Positions 1-14,742 of a stretch of 64,000 bases of DNA are shown piece by piece. Below the pieces are notes generated by a model. The model did no database searches. It was not told the DNA's origin and saw only the letters and a list, made by a program, of their open reading frames with translations. The translations under genes were made by a program, and so were the position numbers. The DNA is from Chrysomallon squamiferum. Taxonomy: Eukaryota; Animalia; Mollusca. Positions within the stretch are counted from its first letter, which is position 1; every line of letters begins with the position of its first letter. The stretch covers positions 7,502,001 to 7,566,000 of the forward strand of contig CM022667.1 in the NCBI GenBank assembly GCA_012295275.1, written 5' to 3'.

Positions 1-722
1 AGTCTGTGTCAGACAAAGCTGTGTAAGACAAAGCTGTGTAACGACAAAGCTGTGTGATGACAGAGCTGTGTGATGACAGACCTGTGTGACGACAAAGCTG
101 TGTGATGACAAAGCTGTGACAACAAAGCTGTGTGATGACAGACCTGTGTGACAACAAAGCTGTGTGATGACAAAGCTGTGTGACGACAAAGCTGTGTGAT
201 GACAGACCTGTGTGACAACAAAGCTGTGTGAGGACAGACCTGTGTGACGACAAAGCTGTGACAACAAAGCTGCGTGATGACAGACCTGTGACAACAAAGC
301 TGTGTGATGACAGACCTGTGACAACAAAGCTGTGTGATGACAAAGCTGTGACGACAGAGCTGTGTGATGACAAACCTATGACGACAGATCTGTGTGATGA
401 CAAAGCTGTGTGACAACAGCTATATAATGACAGAGCTGTGTGACGACAAAGCTGTGATGGCAACTGTGTAAGGACAGAGTTGTGTGACAACAAAACTGTG
501 ACGACAGAGCTGTGTGATGACAAAGCAGTGTGATGACAAAGCTGTGACGACAGAGCTGTGTGATGACAGCTGTGTGACGACAGAGCTGTGTGATGACAAA
601 GCTGTGACGACAAAGCTGTGTGACGACAGAGCTGTGTGATGACAAAGCTGTGATGACAGAGCTGTGTGACGACAGATTTGTGTGATGGCAGAGCTCTGTG
701 ACAACAAAGCTGTGTGATGAAA
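1..722. repeat. Minisatellite, 14-16 bp unit (GACAAAGCTGTGTGAT), probably continuing beyond window start
   Basis: Tandem GACA(A/G)AGCTGTG(TG)A(T/C) units throughout; explains ORFs 9..416, 228..413, 376..771, 420..707. Confidence 0.95.
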
Positions 723-948
723 AGTCTCTGCTAATAGGTCTCCTGGTGAACCAGACAGTTAACTCTGACAATGATCACATTTTAATGGTGGTGAAAAGTG
801 CCTGTAATTTACCCTGGGGAAATTTTATAAACTTGTAAATGAAATTCTCTTGGGCCACTTAACCAGAATTAATGTCACAAGTAAGTCATGAAAGTATAAT
901 CACAGAGGACACGAATAACCTTATCACAGACTGTTTAGTTTAAACATT

Positions 949-1179
949 GACACACACACACACACACAGACAGACACATACATACAAAGACACACACAGA
1001 CTTACACATATATATACACACATAGACATATACATATATATATACAATCACACACACACACATACACACAGATAGACAAGCAGATACACACACATATACA
1101 TACGAAGACATATAGATACATAGAAACACATATATGCACATATACACACACACACATATATACATAATAACACACACAC
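949..1179. repeat. Compound (CA)n/(TA)n microsatellite
   Basis: Interrupted CA, CAGA and TACA runs. Confidence 0.9.
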
Positions 1180-2148
1180 AAAAGTGTACAGAAAATGAAT
1201 GTTTTTTAAATCTTATTTTTTCATTATAGAAGTATTTTCAATATAGCTAAATGTTAAGGAAACAAGTGATAAACTTGTTACAAACAGACAGAACAAAGTA
1301 AACACTGCAGTCTTTAGATTAGTGTACATACAACAGTCCTTTCATCGTGTTTTTTCTCAACATTGCCTTCCTAAAGAATACAACAATAAAATTATTCGCA
1401 TCAATTTGTATTTTGCCTTTTAAATACAAAGAAATATAATAATAATGATAAAAATAAATCTTTTATACACTTTTTTTATTTTAAACTTCTACTGATTTTC
1501 ACACCCACTTTCCCCAGTCAGTGAAACCACAGTTTACTAGGTTAACTGAGGAGCACTGTTAGAATGGGATATTGGTGTAGTGAAAGCTGTGTGGAGGACT
1601 GGTTCTGCAACCTGAGCTTGTGTAACACTATCTGATAACTGATAAACTGGTAGTGTTTTTAGTTGTTTCTATCTCAAACACACGGTGACCAAACATCACA
1701 TCAGAAAAAACCCAGTTTACAATGGTTGTTTTTTTGGGGTGGTAGTGCTGGTGTTTTTCTTTTTAAATTGTTATATATGCATGCACAGAATCGAACTACT
1801 TCCTTAATTGCATGCTCCACATCATTTTTCAAGTGAAATGGAAATCTTTTATGAAAATTAATTTTTTTCTGAAATTAAAATCCTGTACTGATTTCAGTAA
1901 ATTTAGGTTAAAAAGTTTAAATTCCATACTAATTTGCTAATTTTGTGTTTTAATACCAGATAGAGATAGAGATGTATTTGATGTTTAAAATATGATTTAA
2001 TATTTCACACAACCTGTTTACAAGAAAAGATTTCATTCTTCTCTTATCTTATCTTCAAAGATATTAAAAAATAAAAGAAAAAATCGACAAAGAAAAAATA
2101 AATCAGATATTAAGATGACTACCATTTTATGTTAAATTTATGTTTTTG

Positions 2149-2310
2149 AATAATTTTTCATAGTAAATCACTTCATACAATGGAAAATCTTTTTAGATTA
2201 AATTTATTTCTGATGAAATAATTTTCATTGTAAATAAAATTCCTTACAATAGAGAATCTTTTTGTATTCCACATATTATTCTGTTATGAAATAATTTTCA
2301 CTGTAAATCA
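2149..2310. repeat. Degenerate ~70 bp tandem repeat, about 2.3 copies
   Basis: AATAATTTTCA..GTAAAT recurs three times and ACAAT..A.AATCTTTT twice at ~70 bp spacing. Confidence 0.6.
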
Positions 2311-2677
2311 ATGAACTTAAAATGATTTCACATGACAAAAAATAGAATTTCCTTTAAGTATATTTTTGCTATTTTAGAAGACACATTAATAAACACTGCC
2401 AGTATAAGCTGACTCATTTCCTGAATTTATTCATCACAAATTGGGGATAATAAGCTGTAAGTACTTTTTTTCTATACTTCTTCTTCATGATCAATAATTC
2501 AAATGTTGCACAATTAGGAGTTGATAAATATTCTGGGTTAATTCCCCTGTTGTTGGAACTCTCTGCTGTCAAAGAAACACTTTCTAAACAAAGCTCTCTC
2601 TGATTGGACAGTTCAAGGCTGAGAAACTCAGTGAATACTAACAGTTTCTTACTTTGTCAACACTTTCTTTATATCTC

Positions 2678-3146
2678 ACTATTACTTTATACTACTATCA
2701 CAACTACTACAACTAAATCAATAAAACTAGTTATATAATTACACCTATTATTATATTACACTAATATCATTACTACTACTTCTACAACAACTACCACTAC
2801 TGTTATTACTGTAAGTTACAACAATCCCTTTTGACAAAAAATCTACAGCTATTAGTTATACTTCTAATATCATTACTATTATCACTATTTCTAATGTTAT
2901 TATTACTATTGCTATTACTACTAGTTCTTCAACAGCAGCAACTATCACTACTACTACCACCACTACTACAATATTCACTACAATTACTTGATATTTATAT
3001 TATACTTCTAATATTATTACTAGCATTGTCATTATTATTACTTTAATGACAGTTCCACAACAAAACTACTACTACTACTTCTACCACAGCTACTATTACT
3101 ACTACTTCTACTATTACTACTACTTCTACTACTACTGCTACTACTA
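2678..3146. repeat. Degenerate (ACT/ATT)n trinucleotide low-complexity tract
   Basis: ACTACT/ATTACT runs; gives poly-Leu and poly-Val ORFs. Confidence 0.9.
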
Positions 3147-4061
3147 GGAAGTTTTCAAAACTTATGTTACACAAAAACCACATGATAATGATACATTTGG
3201 TCAAAACTAGGAACAATAATGGAAAAAACAATACAAATGATTAAAATAAATTATATAAAAACATATAAAAGCCTAGATGTATTTGTAGTATGTGGAATGT
3301 AGTGTTACAGTTTATCACACCTGATGTCAGTAATTCTGGCTGTTTGTTCTTTTTATTTTTACATCAGAATTCTGATACATTTTTTGTTGTAAATAAATTG
3401 TTTCTGCTACAACATATTTCAAGCCAGAGTACAGTCACCATGTTCTTTTAACAGAAATTTATGTTTCTCAGAAGAAAGATTTTATTTCACATTTCTGTTT
3501 TGAAGCAGTGTTTCCAGCGAAAATGTCACTTGTTATTACAGGTTTTCAGTTTTATGGATCTTGTGTCTATATATTAGTTCATTTTATGATGCCATCAGGA
3601 ATAATAATAATAATGACAATGATGATAATACAATACTGTTATTACTACTGATGTACTTGTACAAGTACTAATTTAAAACAAATTAAAACAAAACAAACTA
3701 AAAAAATAAAATAAAAAAACATACAAATAATTTTACAGTCAGTTTTTACCATGATGAGAACCTTACTGTGAGAGTACTTGTTACACAGATTTTATCTGTA
3801 ATTTCAAAATTATACTAATATTATTGTAACAAATAGTTTTATTTATATTTTTATTTACATTTTAAAAAGGGACATTGCTGATTATCAGATTTGTGAAATA
3901 ACAGAGTGAAAAGTTAGAAACACTACACTGCCACTCTATACTGTAATCATCTTGTTAGGGAAAAACTGGAAATTAGAAAATGTTTTAATATTAGTCTATA
4001 TATAACATAACAAAGGACAAAGTTAAATCTAAGTTTTTATTGCTGCTGTTGTTATTATTAT

Positions 4062-4235
4062 TTGATTGATTAAAACAAATAGATAAAAATATCTTATATT
4101 ATTTCTGATTAAAATCACCTGAATTCTCTTACACATTTCTGATTAAAACAGAGGTGAAAATCTCTTATGCATTTCTGATTAAAACAGACAAGTGAAAATC
4201 TCTGATACAATGTCTGATTAAAAGACACAAATGAA
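4062..4235. repeat. Degenerate ~35 bp tandem repeat, about 5 copies
   Basis: TCTGATTAAAA recurring, each followed by GTGAAAATCTCT-like sequence. Confidence 0.7.
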
Positions 4236-5106
4236 ATTTGTTGTAGGCTTTCTTCAGTGGTATTCCAGTGACAAATGTGAACAACAGACTGACAGTAAAT
4301 CCACTCTTAACACACGCATGTTGATTAACTATTAATTGTAATCCTTAATCTAAATAGCTGAGTGTACACTTAATCAAGTTTGAGAGGCTAGAAGTGAAAC
4401 AAAAGAACAAATGATTTTAAATTATATTTTTTGTTTATAATTATTATTTTATTTTTAGGAGATATTTAAAAGAATAATTTTTGGGTTTAAAATTTATAAT
4501 AGATTACAGACAGAGTTGAGATTTACAGAAATAAATCAAATGAAAAATTAAACAGCATTTACTATCTGCATCAGATAACATATAGTTAATCAGCATTATA
4601 AGACATCACCCACACAAACTTCCCACAGTGCAGAGGGTTTCCTGTGACACCTCTGGTACATTTCTATTTTTACAATGTCCATTATGTCTTGTGATCACAT
4701 AAGTTCTTATTTTGTTTCTAGAAATGACCAAATTGGCCTTTGGCTTCAAAGATTATTTTAGTTGAGAAAACAACATCTCTGCCATCAGCTATTACCTTCA
4801 TTACCCTTTGTTTTATGCCTTGTTTCTTAAACACAGCTGTCAGTGCACTTGTTTTAGCACAGTGAGGGGACTGGGAAATAGGATGACAGCTCTTCTTTCC
4901 AAGGAAAACAAAATGGAATTGTGCAATTTATCATAAGTTAAAAATATCAGCCATATTGATTAGCCATGGTTAATCTGTATATGCTATTTCATTTCAAATG
5001 TCAAGATACTCAGTATCTATTTTAAATGCTCTTTCTGACTGAAAAATATCAAAAACTGAAATCCAGTGTGTAAAAGCAACAAATGAGTCTCCTCTCACAG
5101 AACTTG

Positions 5107-6008
5107 TATTCCTAGTTTGAAATAAGAGATATAAAAATATGAAGTACACATATGTACTCCTAGTTTAAAATAAGATATAAATAATATGAAGTACACACGA
5201 GATGTGCTCCTAGTTTGAAATAAGAGATATAAAAAAATATGAAGTACAGAATAGATGTACTCCTAGTTTGAAATAGGAGATATAAAAATATGAAGTACAC
5301 ATGTGAGATGTACTCCTAGTTTGAAATAGGAGATATAAAAATATGAAGTACACATGTGAGATGTACTCCTCGTTTGAAATAAGAGATATAAAAATATGAA
5401 GTACACATATGTACTCCTAGATGTACTCCTAGTTTAAAATAAGATATAAATAATATGAAGTACACACGAGATGTGCTCCTAGTTTGAAATAAGAGATATA
5501 AAAAAATATGAAGTACACAATAGATGTACTCCTAGTTTGAAATAGGAGATATAAAAATATGAAGTACACATGTGAGATGTTTAAAATAAGAGATGTAAAA
5601 AATATGAAGTACACATGTAAGATGTACTACTAGCTTGAAATAAGAGATATAAAAATATGAAGTACATATGTGAAATGTACTCCTAGTTTGAAAAAGATAT
5701 AAAATAAGAGAAAAATAAAATAAAAAAATATGAAGTACACATGTGAAATGTACTCCTAGTTTGAAATAAGAGATATAAAAATATGAAGTACACATGTGAG
5801 ATGTTTAAAATAAGAGATGTAAAAAATATGAAGTACACATGTAAGATGTACTACTAGCTTGAAATAAGAGATATAAAAATATGAAGTACATATGTGAAAT
5901 GTACTCCTAGTTTGAAATAAGAGATATAAAAATATGAAGTACACATGTGAAATGTACTCCTAGTTTGAAATAAGAGATATAAAAATATGAAGTACACATG
6001 TGAAATGT
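5107..6008. repeat. Minisatellite, ~50-53 bp unit
   Basis: TACTCCTAGTTTGAAATAAGAGATATAAAAATATGAAGTACACATGTGAGATG repeated with variants. Confidence 0.95.
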
Positions 6009-6167
6009 TTGTACAGATTTAACAGTGTTGCCTCCAGCACTGGCTGTCATCCACGACTTATCCGAGATGACAGTACTTTCATTTCCTGCAGCTACTACAT
6101 CAACATTTCTCAGCCAGGCTGCTGCTAATTACCCAACTACAAAGTGATTTATTAGCTGTGTCAGCCT

Positions 6168-7270
6168 CCTACACACTACAACACAGCTTTACACACTACT
6201 ACACAGCTTTACACACTACCACACAGCTTTACACACTACCACACAGCTTTACACCCAACTACAAAGTGATTTATTAGCTGTGACAGCCTCCTACACACTA
6301 CAACACAGCTTTACACACTACTACACAGCTTTACACACTACCACACAGCTTTACACACTACTACACAGCTTTACACACACACAACACTTTTTTTACACAC
6401 TACAACACAGCTTTACACACTACCACACAGCTTTACACACTACCACACAGCTTTACACACTACAACACAGCTTTACACACTACAACACAGCTTTACACAC
6501 TACTACACAGCTTTACACACTACCACACAGCTTTACACACTACCACACAGCTTTACACACTACAACACAGCTTTACACACTACTACACAGCTTTACACAC
6601 TACCACACAGCTTTACACACTACCACACAGCTTTACACACTACTACACAAAGCTTTACACACTACCACACAGCTTTACACACTACTACACAGCTTTACAC
6701 ACTACTACACAAAGCTTTACACACTACTGCACAGCTTTACACACTACTACACAGCTTTACACACTACCACACAGCTTTACACACTACTACACAAAGCTTT
6801 ACACACTACTACACAGCTTTACACACTACTACACAGCTTTACACACTACTACACAGCTTTACACACTACCAGCTTTACACACTACTACACAGCTTTACAC
6901 ACTACTACACAAAGCTTTACACACTACTACACAAAGCTTTACACACTACCACACAGCTTTACACACTACTACACAAAGCTTTACACACTACTACACAAAG
7001 CTTTACACACTACTACTACACAGCTTTACACACTACTACACAAAGCCTTACACACTACTACACAAAGCTTTACACACTACTACACAAAACTTTACACATT
7101 ACAACACACAGCTTTACACACCATACAAGTTTTACACATCTTACAACATAACAATTTACACATTTTAAAACACAAAGATTTACACATTATACAAGTTTAA
7201 CACATCTTAAAACACAGATTTACACATATTGCAACACAAAGTTTTACACATCTTACAACACAAAGATTTA
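6168..7270. repeat. Minisatellite, 20-22 bp unit (ACACAGCTTTACACACTACT)
   Basis: Homogeneous core decaying at the 3' end; source of the spurious 306-aa ORF 6280..7200. Confidence 0.95.
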
Positions 7271-8345
7271 CACAGACACAACAGGTAAGTTACACGCACA
7301 CAGACAAAAATAAATAAATAAATAAATAAATAAAAATTATCATTCCTAAAATAAAATAAATGTATTTAATCCACTGTTTACTAATGCATATGTTTTCAAA
7401 GCACCAGAAGTAATGAAGTCACTATTTAATAACAAAGACCGGAAAGAAAAAAAAAGTTAATATTTTACTTGTTGTTTAACATGTCCAGGCAAACTGGCAC
7501 CAGAATCCATTACTGACTTACAGCTGTCTGGAGCAGAGTGTGCACACTGAGCCAGTAAACCAATCACCCAAGTCGAATACAGAAAATTATTAATAACCAA
7601 ACACTTTACTTTACCAACATTACAACTATCTGCTATTTTACCTAACATGCAGATCATTTTAATTTTTTGAAACATTTATAATTTTCTATAGTAATTGTTA
7701 TTTTATTAATGTTAGATCATGAACATTATTTTTGTTAAATATATTTTAAGAAAACTTATTTTAGAAAAACAACAACAAATACTTTTTTAAAAAGCTGTAC
7801 ACTATCTGTCATTTTATTGCAGTTTAATTAACTTCAGTTTAAACATAAAAAACATGTTATAGACTCTCTATGTTGTTTTTTACACTCAATGACCTTCATT
7901 CATTCATTTATCCATTCTGTCTTTCTCTCTTTTTCTTCCCTGTCTTTCCATCTTTAAACACTGTCCCACATTCTGAGTACAGTTGTATTTCAGCACTGGT
8001 GTCCCAGTGACGCTTGGCTGTGCTTAGTCATGACAAAGGCAATTTGAAAGCAATCAGGTCCTTACTAATACAGGCAAACATGTCAGATTTCAAGGTGAGA
8101 TTGGACACTGAGTTACTGAAAGACATTTTGTCAAAGTCAGGAGTAATGAGGAATAGATGATCACTTGGCTGGTTTCATGTCTCAGTTCATCTTACACGTC
8201 ATGTGGTTAAACCCTGTTCTCAACTTTCACATGTTCTGAGGTCAAATCCCAGTATAGGCTACTTAGAGAGATAACTGTATCATTTCTTTAATTGATTTTC
8301 TAACATACTAACATTACCAATTCTTCAGTTAATTCTCTCATGTAC

Positions 8346-9005
8346 TATCATTTAATTAATTTTCTAACTAGCACAGTATATTTTTAAAAATTTTACTGGT
8401 TTAGAATTTTCAGTGTGTGTGTAAACAGCTGATGCAGTTTTGCTGGACAGATGTCTGACACTTGCTGCAGTTTAAAACTCCTAATGAATATTATTGTATT
8501 AGCTTTTCAATTTACTGTAAAAGGCTGCTTTTTTCTTACTAATAGAATATTTTAGACTTTTTTTTTTTAAAAAAGGAAAGAAAAAAGTTATTAAAATATG
8601 AATAAGGAATAATTGACAGGCATAGATTGAAAATAATAAAAATAAAATAAAAAGAGAAGACGAAATCAAGAGAGGAATGTAGAAGTAAAAGATTCAAATG
8701 AAGGTTAAAAAAACAACAGAACACAAAATGGACAGATAATTGAACAAAACTATTACTATAAAAAGTAATTTGGAATAAATGAAATGTTACATTAAAAAGA
8801 TAATTATTTTCTTTTATATATAAAAAATCTGAGATAAATAACACCCTTTATCAGACAAACCAGTAAAAGACAAAGCATGTGTTACCTGATAATTTAGTTA
8901 TAAAATAAAACTGCATCAGCTGTTTACATTCACTGAAAATTCTATCTTGTACTGAACCAGTACAGTAACAGTACATTAAAATTTTAAAAAATTAATTAAA
9001 TGATA
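8346..9005. repeat. Inverted repeat pair (core arms 8402-8441 and 8907-8944), MITE/foldback-like
   Basis: TAGAATTTTCAGTGTGTGTGTAAACAGCTGATGCAGTTTT versus AAAACTGCATCAGCTGTTTACATTCACTGAAAATTCTA; outer blocks TATCATTTAATTAATTTT / AAAATTAATTAAATGATA also pair. Confidence 0.75.
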
Positions 9006-9177
9006 AGATACCAGAAATCATCAGTTATTGGTTGTCAACAAAGTGTTGACAAAAGCTAAATACTGAATATTATTTCAAGGTTCAATACTAATATCAATAA
9101 AAATATGTAAAACCAGAGAACTGTCACTGTCCAGTGTCCTGACTTGAGATTGTCAGATTAATGATAGGACAGGGAGT

Positions 9178-9280
9178 ACTGAGTAAAACTTGGATAATTC
9201 AGTCAACAGAGAATTCTGAGTAAACTTGAATAATTCAGTTATTAGAGAATTCTGAGCAAAACTTGGATAATTCAGTTAAC
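9178..9280. repeat. ~37 bp tandem repeat, about 3 copies
   Basis: CTGAGTAAAACTTGGATAATTCAGT..AGAGAATT repeated. Confidence 0.85.
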
Positions 9281-11689
9281 AAATACATTCAGAAGCAGGA
9301 GAACACGAACTCTATCAAAAACCATGAACTTTATCAAACATTTATCTCTGTTAAATCCACCAGATTCTTAGGTTACACGTTTCAGTTGGAAAGCCATAAA
9401 TGTTTTCTTTTATTTCTTCTTCTTCTTCAAAAACAGGATTTGTTAATTGATTTCAGACGGGGATTATAACAAAGCAGCAGGAATTCAAATGAAAAGTCTT
9501 TTTAAATTTATCTCTCAGCTCATCTACTAAACCCTATACAAGTCACAGAACAAAGACATACTGAGAGATCTTGTTAGTACAACGCAACTCATCTTTTTGT
9601 ACTCCTCTACAACAGGAGTCTTGTTTGTAATGTGTTCTGAGCTGAAGACAAGATAGCCTCAGTGCAAAGCTGTCTCAGAAAATATTTGTGTTTAAATCAG
9701 TGGAGTAAATTTTACTGGTGATCTATATCAATGATTATTCTTTCCATTTCTTCAGTCAAATCATGTGAAATACATATATAAAAAAACTACTGATTTTAAA
9801 ACATAACAACTACTACAACTTACACTAGAGTTTGAAATAACAAATCAACTCTAACTGGTGAAGCACTGTTTGGAATGGGAAATAAGAACATTTTGTAGTT
9901 TTCTTTTTAGTCTTAGTTAAAACAAGTTACAACAAGTAAGGATTTTTGAAGGATTTTTGAAGTGACAGTTTTTTCCATTTGTTTTTCCTCCTTCATCCTT
10001 TTTCCTTTTTTAATTTAAATTTCTTAATCATTATCATCATTATCATTATCTTGAGAGATGCCAATATAAGAAGATAAAGATAAAATGACAAAAGACTGGA
10101 TGATTCACTGAGTTGATGTATTTGGACTGAATAAATAATTAGAAAACTGAAGTTTTTTCTCTCACTAATGGATACTACTGAAAAGCACATTTGTCATGAA
10201 TTTTTTTTTTTTGTGGAATGTTCAACTGATATCTATTTTCCTTGAAATTTTTTTTTATATTTCTAATGTTTTTTTCAATTCCTTCTTTGAAATTTAAGAA
10301 CAACATTTTTTTTTTTTTTTACATTTTGCAATTTTTCATATGGTGTATGAAACTGTTAACTGAAACACCACTATTAAAAATGGAGGCTATAATGTTTACA
10401 GTACATATGTACAAAATTTTAAATTTAGAAATTAAATATTACAGAATAATAAAAACATAAAAAAAAAAATACTCATAAATAAAAATTGTAGAAAAAAACA
10501 AAACAAAACTAAACAACATGCATATGGTGTCTAAATTATAAAACTGTTTACACATAAGCCATGAAATAAATTCTAGAATTATTTAGAAAAGATAGCTCTT
10601 TCCATTTCAGTTACACTTCACATGATGAACTCAAACCACCAACAACATTAGTTTTTAACTGAAAGAAATATGTTCGTGACAAAACTAGTAAAATGTAAAT
10701 GACAACTAAAGTATATGTAAAACAACAAATGAAAGAAAAACATGATAAATAAATGAAAGGAAAATGGAAACCAAAACGACCAAATTATAAGAAAAAAAAA
10801 AAAAAAAAAAAAAAAATAAATAAATAAAAAAACCAAAAAAAAAACCCCACCAATAAATCAATATTATATAAAATAAAATAAATTAAATAAATAAAATTAA
10901 ATTAATAAAAGTAGTAAATGAAATGAAATACAATAAAATAAATAAATAAGTAAAGAAGTACATAAAATGACAGAATTAATTTATTTTCATTTCCACATAT
11001 TTCACACATATGAGATAAAAAGACTGAACTATAACAACAACTACAACAACAACACAAATCTACTCACTGTTTTGCTCTGCTCACTGCCGTGTATTTCTAG
11101 ACATCGACATTTCTTGAAGATCTGAACAACAAGTTTCTTAATTACAAATCTGTCTAACGAGTTTCCAAATGTGTGTCTTCTCAGTTCACACAAATCTCTA
11201 CCCTGAAAAGTAGTAACATATCCAAATTTGTATGTCTGTGTGTCTGTACGTCTCCCTGTCAGCATGTAGATTTATACTATTTAAAATAAAATTCTAATTT
11301 ATTTAAGTATATAATAAAATGTAGATATGTTAAAACTAATAACTTGGTGTAGATATAAGAATGAAAGAAAAGAAACATGTACAATGACAAAGAAGTACAG
11401 AAACATTAATAAAAATAGTGACCACACAAAATTATTTCAGAAAGGCACAGAGGTGGAAGAGTGACATTTTGTACTGAGCAATGAGTGTTTAGTGTGCTTA
11501 TTACTAATCTGCAAGTAAGTTGAGTGTAGATGTAAGCAGAACAAAATATATATATTTATATATCAGTAACATTAAAAAAAAGAAGAAAGAGTATAATAAT
11601 AGAAAGAAAGAAAAGAAAAGAAAGAAATTTCTGTTTTAGATAACTAAACTAACATTGATTCTTTTCCATTCTTTTTTTATTTCAGTTTC

Positions 11690-11691
<2 letters not shown>

Positions 11692-11734
<43 letters not shown>
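11692..11734. repeat. (CA)n microsatellite
   Basis: Pure CA run. Confidence 0.97.
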
Positions 11735-11737
<3 letters not shown>

Positions 11738-11849
11738 AATAACTGCAGGCCAAAACAAATACATTAAAAAATATGCTTTTTTAATTGTTACAGTTTTATC
11801 TATTAGTAATTTTAATATATCTTAGAATATATATCTGTCTGTCACTCTA

Positions 11850-12185
11850 TCCATACATGCACATTTTACATTTCTTAACTAGGTTGTTTACAAATTCTAA
11901 TTATTTTATAATTATAGTTAATAAATGTCCAGATATTGGAATCTGTGAACAGATGTCTATCTGTGTCTGTTCAACTATCTGTACTTGAATATTTTATTAA
12001 TATTTCTGTGTTGTTTGAGAATTATTTTATTATTAGAATTAATAAAGGTTAATACTGGAATCTGCAAACAGACGTTTGTCTGCCTGACTATGTATACACA
12101 AACACAAAACATTACATACACACATTTTACATTTTCTAAATTTTTCGGTATTGTTTAAGAATTGTATTTTAATTTTATAATTAAT
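11850..12185. repeat. Old degenerate ~130 bp tandem duplication
   Basis: ATA.TGGAATCTG..AACAGA.GT.T.TCTG occurs twice, CACATTTTACATTT twice, GTTGTTT..AATT-like three times. Confidence 0.55.
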
Positions 12186-14138
12186 ATCGTGTTGTGTGCC
12201 CTACAGTGAAAGACTCATGCTTATACTCAACCTTTAGATAAAACATTCAGAATAAGATTGTGAGTACAATCAATCTTATCACTGTGATGTTTGTTCTTTT
12301 ATCTCAAAATGAGTGTCAGGAAATATTAAATACATGAGAACAACTTTAATCCATGTGTTTTAAAAAAATATTTTTAAATTTCTATAATAAAGTTTATGAA
12401 TTTCCATGAAAATGTTCCTGTTTTTCTAACCCTTTTTAGCAGGAGTCAAGAAAAACAGTGAGAAGAAAGATAAAACGAAAAAAAAAAAAAAACGAGAAAA
12501 AACTCAACCCTAGAGAAAATATCTGACAGTTCTTCAGTTGTGGAAGTAATTACCTCTCCTTTGTCAGAGAAAAACAACAATATGGTGGTTAATAAATTAG
12601 TGTAATAAAACTCATTAAAAGTGTTTTGAAAAGAGGACTGGCCATTTTCACAGATCTGTGCAGAGATCAGTACAGCCCATTGTTTGGTGATGAGAAAGGC
12701 TTTGTGTGGAAAACACTCATTTCCTCACTGATATCCCAGCCTCTGTCCCAGCTGATGTGTTCAGCAAACAACACAGACTCTGTTCTCCTGTCACAACTCT
12801 GCCATTTTGCATGAAGCAAATTAATGTTTTGTGAAAAAACAAATCATATAGACTGAGCTGCTTGTTTGAAAAAATCTTTTGTTAAAAAGAATTAGTTACA
12901 CTCAGTGTAATAACACTGAGCTTATAAAATATTAAAGAACGAAAGGATGGAAGGATGGATGAATAATGGACATATAAATTAGTTGCAGTCTGTAATAATA
13001 CTGACCTTACAAAGTAAATAAAAATAATTAAAAACAGAGGAATGAATGGACAAATAAATTTATTATTTGAAGAAAAAAATCAAGATAATATAACAGTACT
13101 GCACAAATAAAATAAAAATTAGTGGAAGATAAAAGATGAATGATTGGTTTTAACCTTGGTGAAATGGTTTGTTAAAGAGAAATGTTTACAAGACTAAAAA
13201 CAGACATCAGTGAATGGAAGAATAGCTGGAGTTAATAAAGATGTATGTAATGTAGAAAATTAAATATTCTGAAATGTTTAATAAAAGACAGTGCTGTTTG
13301 GCTTTACTGATAAATAAGAAATCCTACAAAGAAATATCACTCTTCCTCACTGACAAACTCAGAAACACATCATTCCTGTTCCAACCACTATTTTATAAAG
13401 ACTTTTATATGAGTTAGATTTTCTGTGAATAGTTTGAAAACAAATATTTTATACTTAGTGAAAATAAACCATTAAAGAGCAGTTTATCATTGTTAGTAGT
13501 ATTAGTATTATCTTCTTTACACTGTATCATCACAACTCAATATCTAGCAAAAAGTTAAAAAATTAAGATAACAAATTAAAAAATTTAAGAATCTTGTTAA
13601 AGAAATATTTAGTATTTGAAAACCAACTCTAAATCAAAATTTCTTGTTACTGTAGGACATATTTCAACCTCATTTATATACTGGCTTCAAATATTTAATT
13701 TTTTAAATCAAGCTTTGTTCACCCATCTCCTCTTTCTCTGATCTGGCACTGTGTAAAGTTAAAATAATATTGGCAAACTAAATGTTTTTTGGTTGTTGTT
13801 TTTTTCATGGTTTTTCATGTCCATGCAACTGCAAGTCTGACACACTAAGAAACAAACTGTCATATTTCTCTGTATTGTTATTTACTCCAACCACAACCAC
13901 AACAACAACAACAACAACAAAACTACTACTACTACTACTAATACTACTACAGCTACTATTACAACTATTATTATTAGTGCTATGTACATGTCTAGATAGC
14001 TTTGTTTCAGATACTTTTCAAGTCTGATTTGGAAAACGTAAAAATTTTAATTATTTATTATCATGGAAAACACTCTATATACATGACAGTTCAACAAAAA
14101 AAAATGTAAAGAAAGAAAAGAAAATAAAAAAATAAAAA

Positions 14139-14139
<1 letters not shown>

Positions 14140-14186
<47 letters not shown>
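14140..14186. repeat. (CA)n microsatellite
   Basis: Pure CA run. Confidence 0.97.
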
Positions 14187-14188
<2 letters not shown>

Positions 14189-14676
14189 CAGTTGGCTTGG
14201 TATATTAAATTAAAAGTTGGTTTCTACATGACTCAGGCAATCACTGCACCTTTCAGATACTAGCTTTCTTCAAAGTGAAAACCAGAATGACAAATGAAGG
14301 TCACAAAGACCAATTGTCTTTGCTTTGTTCAGCTCTTTATTGCAACATTAACAAACTAAGTACACAAAGATTTTTCACTTTAGCAGTATTCTCACTTTCA
14401 TCATGTCATCACTGTTTTATTGTTTTCAGTTTATTATCAGAAATAGTAGCAGCAGCAGTAGTAGTATTTACACAGATAGTAGTAGTAATATTGTTTTATA
14501 AAGAACCAAACAGAAATAACTCTTGACAGATTACTTATACAGACAGATTATCACCACTTTGAAATATTATTATTAAATCTTTATTTCTTCAGTGAAATAA
14601 AAATAATACTCTGTTCAAAAACCCCATAAAAATAGTTAGTTAAGACTTTAAAATAAAATTTAATACATAATAATAG

Positions 14677-14742
14677 GAAGAAGAAGAAGAAGAAGAAGAA
14701 GAAGAAGAAGAAGAAGAAGAAGAAGAAGAGCAACAACAACAA
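14677..14742. repeat. (GAA)n followed by (CAA)n microsatellite
   Basis: Direct reading. Confidence 0.95.

Noticed and set aside
6280-7200. 306-aa His/Thr/Tyr-rich ORF
   Set aside because: Read-through of a 20-bp minisatellite, cycling through three frames; non-ATG start and no domain
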